Counted from the stretch's first letter, positions 9,387-19,728 are shown. The stretch: 64,000 nucleotides of DNA from Patescibacteria group bacterium (GCA_041671325.1 JBAZBR010000002.1:137978-201977); one strand, 5' to 3'. Program-made: numbers and translations. Notes: generated from the letters alone by a model not told the origin.

Positions 9387-9685
9387 CTTAGAAGTGGGGT
9401 TGACAAAGCCCAATAATCATGATATCTTTTAATGTTTTAAAACATCCGTGCACGAAGCATGGAGATTACAACCATCAAGGAGGTTTTATGTACATCCTCA
9501 CCGATCATGGCGAGGTCGTCCCCGTGAATGACGGGAGTGCCGAGACAATCACTGCTACAATGGTGTCATTGCGGGAGAAGTAATCTTTCAGAAGGGCGCT
9601 GATCAGGATGATCACAAAAAGCGCCCTTCTAATTTTCCTGGGTTTATAGATTAAATAATAATTAAGGAATATAATAATTAAATCA

Positions 9686-10486
9686 ATGAAAAATCCAAAA
9701 GCCATCACTATTATCGTTACAATTTTCGCCTGTCTGATGATCGGCACAGGAATCTTTGTGTTAAAAAAAGATGCGATACAAGCCAGGTTTTTTTCTGACC
9801 AGCCCACTGAATTGCCCCAAGCCATAGATGTTGCTCAATCACAGGCAGAAAATACATCAGACACTGGTCAAGTTTTAGGTGAGAAAGTGAATGTGGCCGC
9901 AACCAAACTTCCCAGCCAATTCAATTTAGCCGTGCCTTTTGTCTTGCAAGCCCCAACAGCTAATTGGGATGCAGTACACAATGAAACTTGCGAAGAAGCC
10001 GCGGCTTTGACCGTGCATTATTATTGGACCAAGGTTAAGAACCCGACTGCAAGCCAGATTGAAACCCAATTTACTAAATTAATAAAATACCAGAACAAGA
10101 AATTTGGCGATTACAAAGATACAACCGCGGCCCAAACCGCGCAATTCATTAAAGATGTTTGGGGTTATAAAAAAGTTGAAGTTTTGCCGATTAAATCCTG
10201 GAATGATATCAAAGTCCAGGTTAAAGCTGGCCGGCCGGTTATTTTACCCACGGCTGGCAAATTATTGAAAAATCCCAATTTCAAGAATGGTGGGCCAAAA
10301 TATCATAACCTAGTTGTCAGGGGCTGGTTGGCTGATGGCCGGATAATTACCAATGATCCAGGCACCCGAAAAGGCAATGGTTATGTTTATAAGCCCCAAA
10401 TTCTGTGGAATGCCATCCATGACTGGAATAGCGGCGATATTTTGAACGGCAAAAAAGTCATGATAGTGGTATATCCGAATAAATAA
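9686..10486 (+). CDS. membrane-anchored peptidase C39-like domain protein
   Basis: N-terminal TM helix; NETCEEAAALTVHYYW resembles the catalytic Cys region of Peptidase_C39_2. Confidence 0.55.
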   Translation: MKNPKAITIIVTIFACLMIGTGIFVLKKDAIQARFFSDQPTELPQAIDVAQSQAENTSDTGQVLGEKVNVAATKLPSQFNLAVPFVLQAPTANWDAVHNETCEEAAALTVHYYWTKVKNPTASQIETQFTKLIKYQNKKFGDYKDTTAAQTAQFIKDVWGYKKVEVLPIKSWNDIKVQVKAGRPVILPTAGKLLKNPNFKNGGPKYHNLVVRGWLADGRIITNDPGTRKGNGYVYKPQILWNAIHDWNSGDILNGKKVMIVVYPNK

Positions 10487-10516
10487 TTTTTATTATAGGT
10501 TAGTCTTTTTATTATT

Positions 10517-10690
10517 CCCTCTCCTGTTAGGAGAGGGTACGCGCCCGCCCGCCTTCGCAGACGAAGTACGGTGGGCAGGAAGCGAGGGCGAGGTTTCATT
10601 GCCTGTTACTGGGAAACTAATTTCTAAACTAAAAAATCCCTCACCCGGCCCCGCGGCCGCGGGGCCACCCTCTCCCAGAGGGAGAGGGGG
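10517..10690. repeat. GC-rich palindromic intergenic repeat (class 2)
   Basis: CCCTCTCC-TGTTA-GGAGAGGG, GGCCCCGCGGCCGCGGGGCC and CCCTCTCCC-AGA-GGGAGAGGG palindromes. Confidence 0.7.
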
Positions 10691-10755
10691 TTAGAAAAAT
10701 AATTAATTTCAAGCAAGTTTGATGCTCCTCCTTCGTTGCGACGAGGGATTTTGTT

Positions 10756-11481
10756 TTAGAATTTTCCAATTAGAGCGTACCAGATGGTCTTGAGTAAGCT
10801 CTTGTTTTGTTTTTGCAAACGTAAATGCAACCAATAAAGAATTCCCAAGATTGCGAAGGTTACGACTAAGGAAATTTCCCAATGGCTGACAATAAAACCT
10901 TTAAGCTCCAAGGGGTAATAACCAATGCCGAACCAAATGGCTGACCAGAGGATTTCCCCAGCCAATGCCAGCCAGAAAAAATTCCAAAATTTCATTTTTA
11001 ACATGCCTGCCGCATAATTCACAAAACCCAAGATCCCGGCAAACAAGAAGCGGGTCATAAAGACCAGTCTTTTGCCGCCGCCATGGGAAATGTAATTGTA
11101 GGCTTTTTGGTAATTCGGGTCGTGTTCGTCAATATTCAGCCATTTTAAAAAGTGGTGCCTGAACCGGCGGGTCAGGGCATAAGCAATAATATCACCTAAT
11201 AAAGAAGCAATGGTAATAATACTGATGGCTATAGTCGGGTTGTAATCGCCTTTGGCTGAAGCCATGCCAATGCCAATAGGCAAGAAGCTGGAAGGCAAGC
11301 CAGCAATGATATTAGCCAAGACAATCCAGAGGAAAACCACGGGGTAGCCAAAATGCTGGGTCCAAGCCAGAACGTGGACCTGGATAATGTCGCTAACCAA
11401 GAAACTGATTACCCAGATGACAAAGAAGACGGTTAAGACTTTAATGACGATAGGCCAATATCTGCCTTTTGGTGCTTGCAT
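10756..11481 (-). CDS. DedA/VTT-domain family membrane protein
   Basis: Multi-TM protein with DedA-like conserved Gly/Pro positions. Confidence 0.6.
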   Translation of the reverse strand: MQAPKGRYWPIVIKVLTVFFVIWVISFLVSDIIQVHVLAWTQHFGYPVVFLWIVLANIIAGLPSSFLPIGIGMASAKGDYNPTIAISIITIASLLGDIIAYALTRRFRHHFLKWLNIDEHDPNYQKAYNYISHGGGKRLVFMTRFLFAGILGFVNYAAGMLKMKFWNFFWLALAGEILWSAIWFGIGYYPLELKGFIVSHWEISLVVTFAILGILYWLHLRLQKQNKSLLKTIWYALIGKF

Positions 11482-11603
11482 TTTGTGCGGATTCCCTGGA
11501 TTAATTAATAATTTCGAATTTTCCGAAGGTTTGCCGACCTTCGGCCGGGCTTAATTTTCTGTTATAATAATTATAGAGTTTTTAAGGCTTTTTAGCTACA
11601 TTC

Positions 11604-12572
11604 ATGTTTATTAAGCGCAATTTTACCCTATCTGACGGGGAAACAATTACTTATGGCATTGCTCCGGCCGAAAATCAAAATCGGCCAGTTTTAATATTGC
11701 TGCCTGGGCAGAAAAAAATTGAACCAGGCCAGCTTTCCAAGGATTTCATCCCAGAACAATACGAATATTTGCAGGGGAAATTCCAGGTAATCATGTGGAA
11801 TTACCGTTTTAAAAATTACCCTGGCGAAAAAACCAACGTTTCCAGGATGGTTAAAGACTTGGAAGAGTTCGCTAAAGCTAAAAAAATTGAAAAACTGACA
11901 GTTTATGCCTATTCATACGGCGGTTTGATTGGTTTGGAATTTTGCCATATTAACCCAGAAAAAGTTAATGGTATTATCCTTTTAAGCACATTTGCCAGGT
12001 TCAGCTTTACCCATTTTGGTTTCAATAAGATGACCTGGAGATTTTTTTTGCATTTAATGGTCGTACCCAGTGCATCTTCTTCGCACATCCGGGAAAGCAT
12101 GTACTCAGACTTCAGGCAAAAACCCAGTGGTTATCATGGTCCGGCTGGAAAATTTTTGGATTGGATGTGGCACACTGGCTTGGACACGGTCTGGAACCAT
12201 TTTTGGAGCGAAAGGGTTTGGTCTGCGCTAAAAGCGGACTTACGGCCGATCCTGCCGGAAATTAAAACCCCAGCTTTAATTGTGGCCGGCCGGGCTGATG
12301 CATTGTGTCCAGTGGAATGGGCTGAAACTTTGCATAAAGGCTTGTCAAACAGTGAAATGGAAATCTTTGATGATGCGGGCCATTATGCGGTCCGAGTTTG
12401 GCCGGACAAATTCAACCAGAGGATCCGCAAATTTTTACAGGAAAGGTTGAGCGTGGTAGATTTTGACCAGGCTCAGGAGGTTAAATTTATACCAGAATTA
12501 TTGAAATTCTTGAGCATTACCAAAAAAATAACCATGTCATATTTTAATAAGTTCAGGAGCTTGTTCGCTTAA
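11604..12572 (+). CDS. alpha/beta hydrolase fold protein
   Basis: GxSxG-type nucleophile elbow (AYSYGG); typical length. Confidence 0.65.
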   Translation: MFIKRNFTLSDGETITYGIAPAENQNRPVLILLPGQKKIEPGQLSKDFIPEQYEYLQGKFQVIMWNYRFKNYPGEKTNVSRMVKDLEEFAKAKKIEKLTVYAYSYGGLIGLEFCHINPEKVNGIILLSTFARFSFTHFGFNKMTWRFFLHLMVVPSASSSHIRESMYSDFRQKPSGYHGPAGKFLDWMWHTGLDTVWNHFWSERVWSALKADLRPILPEIKTPALIVAGRADALCPVEWAETLHKGLSNSEMEIFDDAGHYAVRVWPDKFNQRIRKFLQERLSVVDFDQAQEVKFIPELLKFLSITKKITMSYFNKFRSLFA

Positions 12573-12576
12573 TTTT

Positions 12577-13785
12577 ATGAAAATTGGCATTGTCACTGAA
12601 TCATATTATCCCGCAGTCGGCGGCATTGCCGAACACGTCATAAATCTGGCTAAAGTTTTACGGGAGCGAGGCCATACTGTAAAAATTCTTACCTCCTCAT
12701 ACGGTGAGATGGCTGATGCGCCATTTAACAGCCCGGATGTAATTCGGCTTGGCAAAACTTTTAATTTTCAAAAGAATGGCACGCCCGGGCACATTGCTTA
12801 TGGCTGGCACTTATCCAAAAAAATCAGAAAGGTTTTAGCCGAAGAAAAGTTTGATCTTTTGCATTATCATGGGCCAGAACAGCCAACCTTACCCATGCTT
12901 GCCTTGTTGAATTCTACTACTGTTAATGTCGGGACTTTTCACGCTACCTATGACCGTTCCCTGCCGCTGGGCTTTTTAAGGCCAGTAGTTGCCAAAGCCT
13001 TAGCCAAACTTCACGCCAGGATTGTCGTCTCGCCGACTGCCAAAGAATCAATTTCAAAATATTTTTCAGAAGGTGAATACGAAATTGTTCATAACGGCAT
13101 TGAGGTTGAACGTTTTGCTTCGGGCAAAGCTTTGGAACAATACGCTGATCGGCCAAATATTGTTTTTGTAGGGAATTTTGTCTTGCGCAAGGGCTTTGTA
13201 AATTTAATGGAGGCTTTTACGCTTGTCCAAAAATCCATACCTAATGTTAGGTTGATTGCGGTTGGGGACGGGGTGTTGCGGGCTAGGTATGAAAAAAGTT
13301 TGGGTGAGGCCGTGGGCAAAGACGTTATTTTCACCGGCCGAGTTTCCACAGAAGAGCTATCGAATTATTATGCCAGTGCAGAAGTTTTCTGTTCGCCTGC
13401 AACAGGCAGGGAAAGTTTCGGGATTGTGCATTTGGAAGCCATGGCCGCCGGCCGGCCAGTGGTTGCCACCAATATTGCCGGATATAAATATGTTTTAGAA
13501 AACACGGGCGCAGCGCTTCTAGTCAATCCAAATGATATCAAAGGCTTAGCCCAGGCTTTGTTAAGGGTTTTAACTGATAAAAATTTAGCTAATCAAATGA
13601 GTGAAGCGGGCAAAAAAACCGTGGAAAAATTCCGCTGGGCAGATATTGGCTCCCAGGTTGAAGCGGTTTATGTAAAAGCCCTGGAAAGGTTTCCGCAAAC
13701 CTTGCCGGTTGTTCCGGGCTATAGGTGGCTGACTAAATTATTTAATTACAAACCCAAGGTAAAAAAAGCCTTAACCAATGAATGA
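12577..13785 (+). CDS. glycosyltransferase family 4
   Basis: N-terminal MKIGIVTESYYPAVGGIAEHV and C-terminal EAMAAGRPVVAT motifs of GT4/GT-B enzymes. Confidence 0.8.
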   Translation: MKIGIVTESYYPAVGGIAEHVINLAKVLRERGHTVKILTSSYGEMADAPFNSPDVIRLGKTFNFQKNGTPGHIAYGWHLSKKIRKVLAEEKFDLLHYHGPEQPTLPMLALLNSTTVNVGTFHATYDRSLPLGFLRPVVAKALAKLHARIVVSPTAKESISKYFSEGEYEIVHNGIEVERFASGKALEQYADRPNIVFVGNFVLRKGFVNLMEAFTLVQKSIPNVRLIAVGDGVLRARYEKSLGEAVGKDVIFTGRVSTEELSNYYASAEVFCSPATGRESFGIVHLEAMAAGRPVVATNIAGYKYVLENTGAALLVNPNDIKGLAQALLRVLTDKNLANQMSEAGKKTVEKFRWADIGSQVEAVYVKALERFPQTLPVVPGYRWLTKLFNYKPKVKKALTNE

Positions 13786-14410
13786 TGTTGCCGGCATATT
13801 TTTAGAAGCCTTTAGCCGTTTTGGCTTGTTTGGGCTTTGGTTTATGGTAGCCTTTGAGGCTTTTGAATTTGTGGCCTCAATCCCGATTGGCCCAATTATT
13901 ATTCTAGTTGGGAGTTTAGCTTCACAAGGCGTAGTTTCGATTGTTGCCTTATGGCTAACGGTTTATTCCGCTGTGGTGGCGGGAGATAATGTAGGTTTTT
14001 TAGTCGGCCGGAAATTTGGCCGGCCTATCCTGTATAAATTCGGAACAAAGATAATCAAACAACAGGCTATTGAAAAAGCTGATAAGGCTTTTGTCAAATA
14101 CGGCACAATTGCCATATTTTTCACCCGGTTTATTTTTGCCACCATAGCCGCGCCCTTGAACGTGATTGCCGGGGCTTCAGGCTTGGCCTGGAAAAAATAT
14201 TTGCCGGCAGAAATGTCCGGCCAATTGGTCTGGACCAGCATTTATACCTTGGCAGGGTATTTTTTCGGCCGGCAAGTGGAAAAGTTCATCAGGTTAATTG
14301 ACCAGGCTAATTTAATCGGCGCAGTCTTAGTTTTAACATTAACCCTGATAATTTTTGCATTTTTGGTTTATCGTCCAATTCGGCATCATTTAAGGAATAG
14401 CAAAAAATGA
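13778..14410 (+). CDS. DedA-family membrane protein
   Basis: Start overlaps the GT4 stop. VTT-domain pattern; paralogous to the next gene. Confidence 0.7.
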   Translation: MNDVAGIFLEAFSRFGLFGLWFMVAFEAFEFVASIPIGPIIILVGSLASQGVVSIVALWLTVYSAVVAGDNVGFLVGRKFGRPILYKFGTKIIKQQAIEKADKAFVKYGTIAIFFTRFIFATIAAPLNVIAGASGLAWKKYLPAEMSGQLVWTSIYTLAGYFFGRQVEKFIRLIDQANLIGAVLVLTLTLIIFAFLVYRPIRHHLRNSKK

Positions 14411-14411
14411 G

Positions 14412-15038
14412 ATGTTCATTCCTGAATCATCTTTTTTAAATTTCATCACTAGCTATGGTTATTTTGGCCTCTATGCCATAGTCGCCATTGAAACTTTTGA
14501 ATTCTTTTTTTCCATTCCGCTTGGCCCGATTTTGGCATTCTTGGGCGGATTAGCAAGACAAGGCGATTTCCATCCATTTTTACTTTGGTTAATTGCCTGG
14601 CTCGGCGCCATGACCGGGGATTTGGCCGGGTATTTTCTGGGCTTAAAAGCCGGTCGGCCGATTTTGCATAAATTATCCCGACGCTGGCTTAAACCCGAAA
14701 AGTTGGATAAGGCGGAAATGTATTTCAGCAAAAAAGGGGTTTGGGCGGTTTTCTTTGGCAGGTTCATTTTGGCTTCAATAGCGGCAGTGATTAATGTCTT
14801 GGCAGGCATTTCCAAAATGCCTTTTTGGAAATTTTGGCTGGCTGAAAGCATTGGCCAGGCCATCTGGGCTGCCAGTTATATTCTATTAGGTTATTATTTT
14901 GGTTCGCAATTTATGGACTTGATCCATAATCTTTCAGTAATCTGGTCATTCTGGATTGCGCCATTACTAATTTTAGCTCTGGTTCTAATAGTTTATTTGA
15001 TTGTCTTAAGGAAAAGGCGGAAAACCAGAAATCCTTAA
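14412..15038 (+). CDS. DedA-family membrane protein (paralog)
   Basis: Similar to 13778-14410; start follows the previous stop with a 1-nt gap. Confidence 0.7.
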   Translation: MFIPESSFLNFITSYGYFGLYAIVAIETFEFFFSIPLGPILAFLGGLARQGDFHPFLLWLIAWLGAMTGDLAGYFLGLKAGRPILHKLSRRWLKPEKLDKAEMYFSKKGVWAVFFGRFILASIAAVINVLAGISKMPFWKFWLAESIGQAIWAASYILLGYYFGSQFMDLIHNLSVIWSFWIAPLLILALVLIVYLIVLRKRRKTRNP

Positions 15039-15128
15039 TTTTTTAAAAGTTTCTGCTTAAAGAAAAGCAAGGCCCTTATTAGGAGCCTTGTTGATTAAAC
15101 TTGTCGAGAAGGAAGGGGCTAAATTAAC

Positions 15129-15317
15129 TCAAGTTGCGTCTTGCAGCATATTGGCAGAACCTGCCCGACTGATTGAAGAATTCGTTTTTGGCGTTTTGCG
15201 GCTTAACTTGTCGTAACCGCTTACGGCAAGCGCGGAACTCAGGGTGAGGCCCATGGCTATGGCCAAGATCAATGATGCGCTTATTTTTTTCAAATTCCTT
15301 GGATTTTTCTTTGGCAT
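15129..15317 (-). CDS. small secreted protein, about 62 aa
   Basis: Start at MPKKNPRNL; signal-peptide-like hydrophobic stretch; lies downstream of the sigma/anti-sigma pair. Confidence 0.3.
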   Translation of the reverse strand: MPKKNPRNLKKISASLILAIAMGLTLSSALAVSGYDKLSRKTPKTNSSISRAGSANMLQDAT

Positions 15318-15414
15318 AAATTGTAAAAAATTACTAAGGTAATTATTAATACAATAAGCCAAAGTAAATATTTCATACCCGTGGTTAAGCAGGATTTGCT
15401 TAGGTTTTTATTAT

Positions 15415-16149
15415 TTAATCGTTGATTTCAGCATGAACGTCCGCGCCAAATCCGCCTAATAAGGCCCGAATCCCTTCCGCTTCAATGTAATTAGCTTTTT
15501 GTTCGCCAATCATCATGATTTCCAAACCATTTTGCAGTTTTAAGTTGTTATTAAGTTTGGTTTCAGGCGTCAATATAACCCTGGTGGTTTGGTTTTGCCT
15601 ATTGGTCAGTAAAAAGCCGTTGCCATTCAGCTCCGAAACTTCGCCGATGTAAGTTTTCAGGGGTTCATTTTCCGGCAAATTTTTGAACATAGGACCAATT
15701 ATCGGGATCCTTGTTTCGGTATTTAATTTATGCAGGGAGGTTTGGATTGGCAGGATGACACAGAGCGCGCTAATAATCGCTATTAATAATATCGATGACA
15801 TTACGGTGTAAAAAAGCGGGAAGCGGTAAGCTTTAGTTTGTTTTTCAACCAAAATTCCCAATAAGATTGTCAATATGATACCGCTGAGCAGCCATAACCA
15901 TGGCAGGGAGAGTATTAACCTCCTTAAGCCCGAAACCCCAAAGTGGGTTAAGAATAAGCTGCCATTGTAATGCAGGGAATAAAACAAGAAACTAGTATGG
16001 AAAAGGATATACAGTGCAATAATGCTTAAAAGCAAAATAATTAACAAGCTTTTCAGGAAAAACTGCCATTTTGGTTTCATGCTTATGTGCTGAGATCGGA
16101 TTTCTCCCAGCACTTTGTCTTTCATGGATTGGGGTTTATCTTCGGTCAT
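15415..16149 (-). CDS. membrane protein, putative anti-sigma factor
   Basis: Its start overlaps the ECF sigma-factor stop by 4 nt (ATGA coupling); N-terminal cytoplasmic region followed by TM helices. Confidence 0.5.
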   Translation of the reverse strand: MTEDKPQSMKDKVLGEIRSQHISMKPKWQFFLKSLLIILLLSIIALYILFHTSFLFYSLHYNGSLFLTHFGVSGLRRLILSLPWLWLLSGIILTILLGILVEKQTKAYRFPLFYTVMSSILLIAIISALCVILPIQTSLHKLNTETRIPIIGPMFKNLPENEPLKTYIGEVSELNGNGFLLTNRQNQTTRVILTPETKLNNNLKLQNGLEIMMIGEQKANYIEAEGIRALLGGFGADVHAEIND

Positions 16150-16751
16150 AATTTATAGTCGGAGGGATTGGAATTTTTTTGGAGCATTTTCCGGCCGCGG
16201 CTGATGCGCACGCCAACAGTCGAAATGGGCAAATGCAGGATTTCCGCAATGTTTGCGTAATCCAGTTCCTGCAAGTAGAAAAGGATCAAGGGTTCTCGGT
16301 ATTTTGGCGGCAACATATTTAAAGATTTGTCTAATAGTTCCCGGACTTCTTTTTTTTCCAAATCCCGGTCCGGTCTTTCTGGGGTAATGGGGTGGGGGAA
16401 AAGCACGTCTGGATCAAAGAAAGGCAGGGGATCACGGGAACGTTTTTTTAAAGCATTGATATAGGCATTATGGGCAATCCGGTATATCCAAGGGGAAAAA
16501 CGCTTGTCTAAGTCAAAACTTTTCAAATTTTTATAGACGCTGATGAAAACTTCTTGGACAATGTCTTCAATGCCTTCAGGACTGGATAAAAACCTCCAGC
16601 CATAACGTTTAAGTTTTTCTTCATAGCGTTGGACCAGAATGCCAAAATCATCCAGCCTGCCGGCAAGGATCTCTTTAACCACCTGTTCGTCGGTTTTTTC
16701 AAGATTGCCTTCCATGACCAAAGCATACAATTTAATACATGGAATTTGCAA
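16146..16751 (-). CDS. ECF-type sigma-70 family RNA polymerase sigma factor
   Basis: Sigma-70 region 2 and region 4 signatures (DIVQEVFISVY...; ...YANIAEILHLPISTVGVRISRGRKML). The true start may be the internal MEGNLEKT. Confidence 0.75.
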   Translation of the reverse strand: MQIPCIKLYALVMEGNLEKTDEQVVKEILAGRLDDFGILVQRYEEKLKRYGWRFLSSPEGIEDIVQEVFISVYKNLKSFDLDKRFSPWIYRIAHNAYINALKKRSRDPLPFFDPDVLFPHPITPERPDRDLEKKEVRELLDKSLNMLPPKYREPLILFYLQELDYANIAEILHLPISTVGVRISRGRKMLQKNSNPSDYKL

Positions 16752-16860
16752 GCATTATTACATTATCGACTCTGTAAATGGCTTGACAAATTACAAAAGT
16801 TAATTTACAGTTGCTTATTGAAACATCGTTAATTCACAATCAAAAATAAGGAAGGTTGTA

Positions 16861-17376
16861 GTGCGATTGAAAACTGCTTTACGGAACTTGCCGGAATATA
16901 CCATCTCTTTTACTTTAATGGTTCTGGCCATAGTCGTTCTGGATTTTTTCATATCGAAATACACTTTCAGTGAGCAAATCTTGCCCATTTTTTGGCATCT
17001 GGCCATTGTAATTTTTGCGGTATCAAGCCTGATGTTTTTTGGTCTCTTTGCGGACTTCAGGTTAATCGACTTTTTTAGACCAAGGAAAAAGCTGGCCCAA
17101 AAGCTTCTCGCCTTAATCCCGATTATCTTGGGGATGATAATCGTAATCAAAATAAATTTAACGGGATTAATGCAGTTTATCCCCCCGCAGAGTGTTATGG
17201 ATTACGGCGAATTGATTTTTGCAATGGTCCAGTTTCTTGTCTTCATCCTAGTCCTTAAAATGATTGCAAACGCAATCAACCTCACCCTGCTTTTTGTGCT
17301 TTCTGCAATTCTTACACCGAATAATTTTATGGAGTACGCAAAAGAGGGCGTTGCAGGGCTAAAGCGGTATAACTGA
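16861..17376 (+). CDS. hypothetical multi-TM membrane protein, GTG start
   Basis: AAGGAAGG SD followed by GTG; highly hydrophobic. Confidence 0.45.
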   Translation: MRLKTALRNLPEYTISFTLMVLAIVVLDFFISKYTFSEQILPIFWHLAIVIFAVSSLMFFGLFADFRLIDFFRPRKKLAQKLLALIPIILGMIIVIKINLTGLMQFIPPQSVMDYGELIFAMVQFLVFILVLKMIANAINLTLLFVLSAILTPNNFMEYAKEGVAGLKRYN

Positions 17377-17391
17377 TCTTTTCAAGGTTAT

Positions 17392-17430
17392 AAACCGGAG
17401 CGTCATTAAGCGCCCCGGTTTTTCTTATTT
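17392..17430 (+). terminator. intrinsic terminator
   Basis: ACCGG(A)GCG...CGC(C)CCGGT hairpin followed by TTTTT. Confidence 0.5.
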
Positions 17431-17491
17431 TTATAAAAGAAAAACCGCCTCAACCTTTAAGGTATATTGGCGGTTATTCACCAAAAATGAA

Positions 17492-17731
17492 TCATTTTTT
17501 ACTTCGTTTTTTGGGGGCATCACTGAAAAGGACCGAATTGAAAGCTATTTCCGGGAACTCCTTAAGATAAACATTAGTGCGGGATTGATCCACATCAGTG
17601 ACTGAAACAGTGTAAGTCTTGCCGACCTCAAGGTGCTCTTTGGCAAGTTTTTGGTCTGACGGATAGCCTGCTTTTGGATTTGAAAAAACAACTTTTGCCC
17701 CAGGCTTTGCGTGAATGTTCATGCTATCCAT
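17492..17731 (-). CDS. hypothetical small protein, 79 aa
   Basis: Strong SD GGAGGA; a hairpin plus T-run terminator lies downstream on the minus strand (17440-17475). Confidence 0.5.
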   Translation of the reverse strand: MDSMNIHAKPGAKVVFSNPKAGYPSDQKLAKEHLEVGKTYTVSVTDVDQSRTNVYLKEFPEIAFNSVLFSDAPKKRSKK

Positions 17732-18010
17732 TGGTCAATCCTCCTTTTTATGTTTTTTTAGGAACTGTCTGACAATTTACAAGATTTCGAATTAGCTTAG
17801 TAAAAGGTTTTTTCTTTGTCAAGGTGAATTATTCAGCACCTCGGTTTTTCTTTACAAGCATAAATAAGTGTGGTTAGATTGGTGAAAGAAGTTCTTTGTC
17901 AACCAGTTTGCCTTGTAAAATCAGGGTAAATTTTGAATCAACCACCAACCCAATGCTGAATGCGTGTCCAAAGCTTACTAAGGGATGAATGCATGGCAGA
18001 AGGAGGAAAG

Positions 18011-18598
18011 ATGTCAAGGTTTTATAATCAACCAGCAGTATTTGTACCAGTAGAGTTTACTCCACACACAAAATTGTTTGATGAATCGTGTGATGTTTAT
18101 GTTAACCACCATACGATTATTCAGCCTAACGAAGGACGGCATAGTGAACTGCCAGTTTTTATACCCTCAAAATACCCCGCCACACTACGCATTGCCAAGT
18201 TAGATCAATTATCTTTAACTTGCTCAGTAGATGGGGTTTTGTTTGATAAAAACAAGATCAAGCGAGGCTTTTTCTGGAAAAAGCAGGAAATGATACACCA
18301 TGCTTTAAGCCTATGGATAATCAGCGGGTATTTTGGTGTTGATGACAAGACCGTCAATACCTATTTTACCAAATTCAGGCTAGACGGAAGCGAAGACATA
18401 ATAGAAGCAGCTTGTTTTCCACTTGGCATTGAATATGATGGTCATCCCGTGTTACTTGCATTAGTGTCAAAAATGCATCTTGAACAACACGTGATCATTG
18501 GCCTAAGAGACCTGTTAAATCAAACCTATAAAGTAACCCTCAATGCTTCCCGGGAGATTGCCTCTATCAAAGGTTTTCGCAACTTACTTGATTATTGA
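18011..18598 (+). CDS. hypothetical protein, about 195 aa
   Basis: Start at MSRFYNQ with SD GAAGGAGGA; followed by a terminator. Confidence 0.5.
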   Translation: MSRFYNQPAVFVPVEFTPHTKLFDESCDVYVNHHTIIQPNEGRHSELPVFIPSKYPATLRIAKLDQLSLTCSVDGVLFDKNKIKRGFFWKKQEMIHHALSLWIISGYFGVDDKTVNTYFTKFRLDGSEDIIEAACFPLGIEYDGHPVLLALVSKMHLEQHVIIGLRDLLNQTYKVTLNASREIASIKGFRNLLDY

Positions 18599-18604
18599 TC
18601 ATAC

Positions 18605-18638
18605 TGGCCTCTCCAAACCCTTGGAGAGGCCTTTTGTT
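18605..18638 (+). terminator. intrinsic terminator
   Basis: GGCCTCTCC-AAACCCTT-GGAGAGGCC followed by TTTT. Confidence 0.7.
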
Positions 18639-18668
18639 AATCGGGGATGGCAGGTTTGAAATATTTGA

Positions 18669-18770
18669 TCCCGCACCACTTTCCAAAAATAAACTTGAAA
18701 TTAATTGAGGATATTTTTTGTAATAAATATCTATATATTTAAATAATGTTTTTATGGAAAGCGGTGCGGG
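18669..18770. repeat. inverted-repeat-bounded AT-rich element, copy 1
   Basis: TCCCGCACCACTTTCC (18669-18684) and GGAAAGCGGTGCGGG (18756-18770) flank about 70 bp of AT-rich DNA. A second copy lies at 57486-57591. Confidence 0.55.
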
Positions 18771-18772
18771 AT

Positions 18773-19728
18773 GTACAGTTAACAGTCAAGGGTAACACTT
18801 TGGAGTAGTTTTTCCTGTGGGGTTAAACCATTAAGGGACAAATGGATTCTTTTAAAGTTGTAATAGTAAAGCCACTCATAAGGCGTCTGCCAAACTCGTT
18901 TAGGGTTTTGGTAGTAATCATCATCAATAGTCTTGTGAACCCTTTCCACATTGGCGTTCCACCAAGGTGATTTCTTGGGAATAAAGTAATGCGGGATATT
19001 GTTGGCAGTCAGCCAAAGGTGGAATTCACCCCTAAACTCGCCGCCATTGTCAGTCTGGACAGAGGCGATCTTAAAGCCAAAATACCTTTGGGCATATTTG
19101 AATGCTTCAATAGCGTTTCGGCTAGTTCTATTTGGAAAGACCGTAAAATGGTGCTTTTTGGTAAAAGGGTCAAAGACTGAGAATTGGAATTCCCTTTTGC
19201 CGTTTGGATAAACATACTTAACATCCATTTGCACGCCTTGGCCTGGTTTTTCAACCTTTAAAGCCTGCGTCATAGGCTCATACCAAGGCAACTTCTTTTG
19301 GGGTTTCCTAATCAATCTTTTCCTTTGGTAATAACGGTAAATGATAGTTGAGGAAATATCCAAACCTAAACTCTTCTTAACTAGAAGCTTCATTTTTAAA
19401 GGTCCGTAATTTGAAATTAGCTTGTGATGTTCGATAAAGACTTTAAGTTCATAGGTTAATTTCAAATTAGGCTGATTCTTAGCCGGGTAGTATCTGTTAC
19501 CCCTTTGGCCAAAATCCCTGGTCAGCCATTTGTAGTAGCACTTCCTGGAAATGCCAAATATCCTGCAGACTTCCTTAACGGATTTGCGGTATTTATTTAC
19601 CTGCAAATACCACTTAGCCCTTTGAGAATGGTCATATTTGGGGGTTTGCATATAGGTCATATGGTTAAGAGTTAACAGGTGTCACCCCAGAACCATACCA
19701 AGTGTCACCTCTAGGTGTTAACTGTAGA
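18773..19728. mobile_element. IS481-family insertion sequence
   Basis: One ORF with an HTH and an rve integrase core (TDNGGEF...E). Terminal inverted repeats TGTACAGTTAACAG (18773-18786) and GTGTTAACTGTAGA (19715-19728). Confidence 0.7.
18779..19660 (-). CDS. IS481-family transposase (integrase core domain)
   Basis: DDE motif with DNGGEF, typical of rve-domain IS3/IS481 transposases. Confidence 0.8.
   Translation of the reverse strand: MTYMQTPKYDHSQRAKWYLQVNKYRKSVKEVCRIFGISRKCYYKWLTRDFGQRGNRYYPAKNQPNLKLTYELKVFIEHHKLISNYGPLKMKLLVKKSLGLDISSTIIYRYYQRKRLIRKPQKKLPWYEPMTQALKVEKPGQGVQMDVKYVYPNGKREFQFSVFDPFTKKHHFTVFPNRTSRNAIEAFKYAQRYFGFKIASVQTDNGGEFRGEFHLWLTANNIPHYFIPKKSPWWNANVERVHKTIDDDYYQNPKRVWQTPYEWLYYYNFKRIHLSLNGLTPQEKLLQSVTLDC

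Noticed and set aside
16752-16860. ECF-type promoter (GGAAC-N16-CGTT) upstream of the sigma-factor gene.
   Set aside because: Only a GAAAC immediately abutting ATCGTT is found, with no proper spacing. Not supported.
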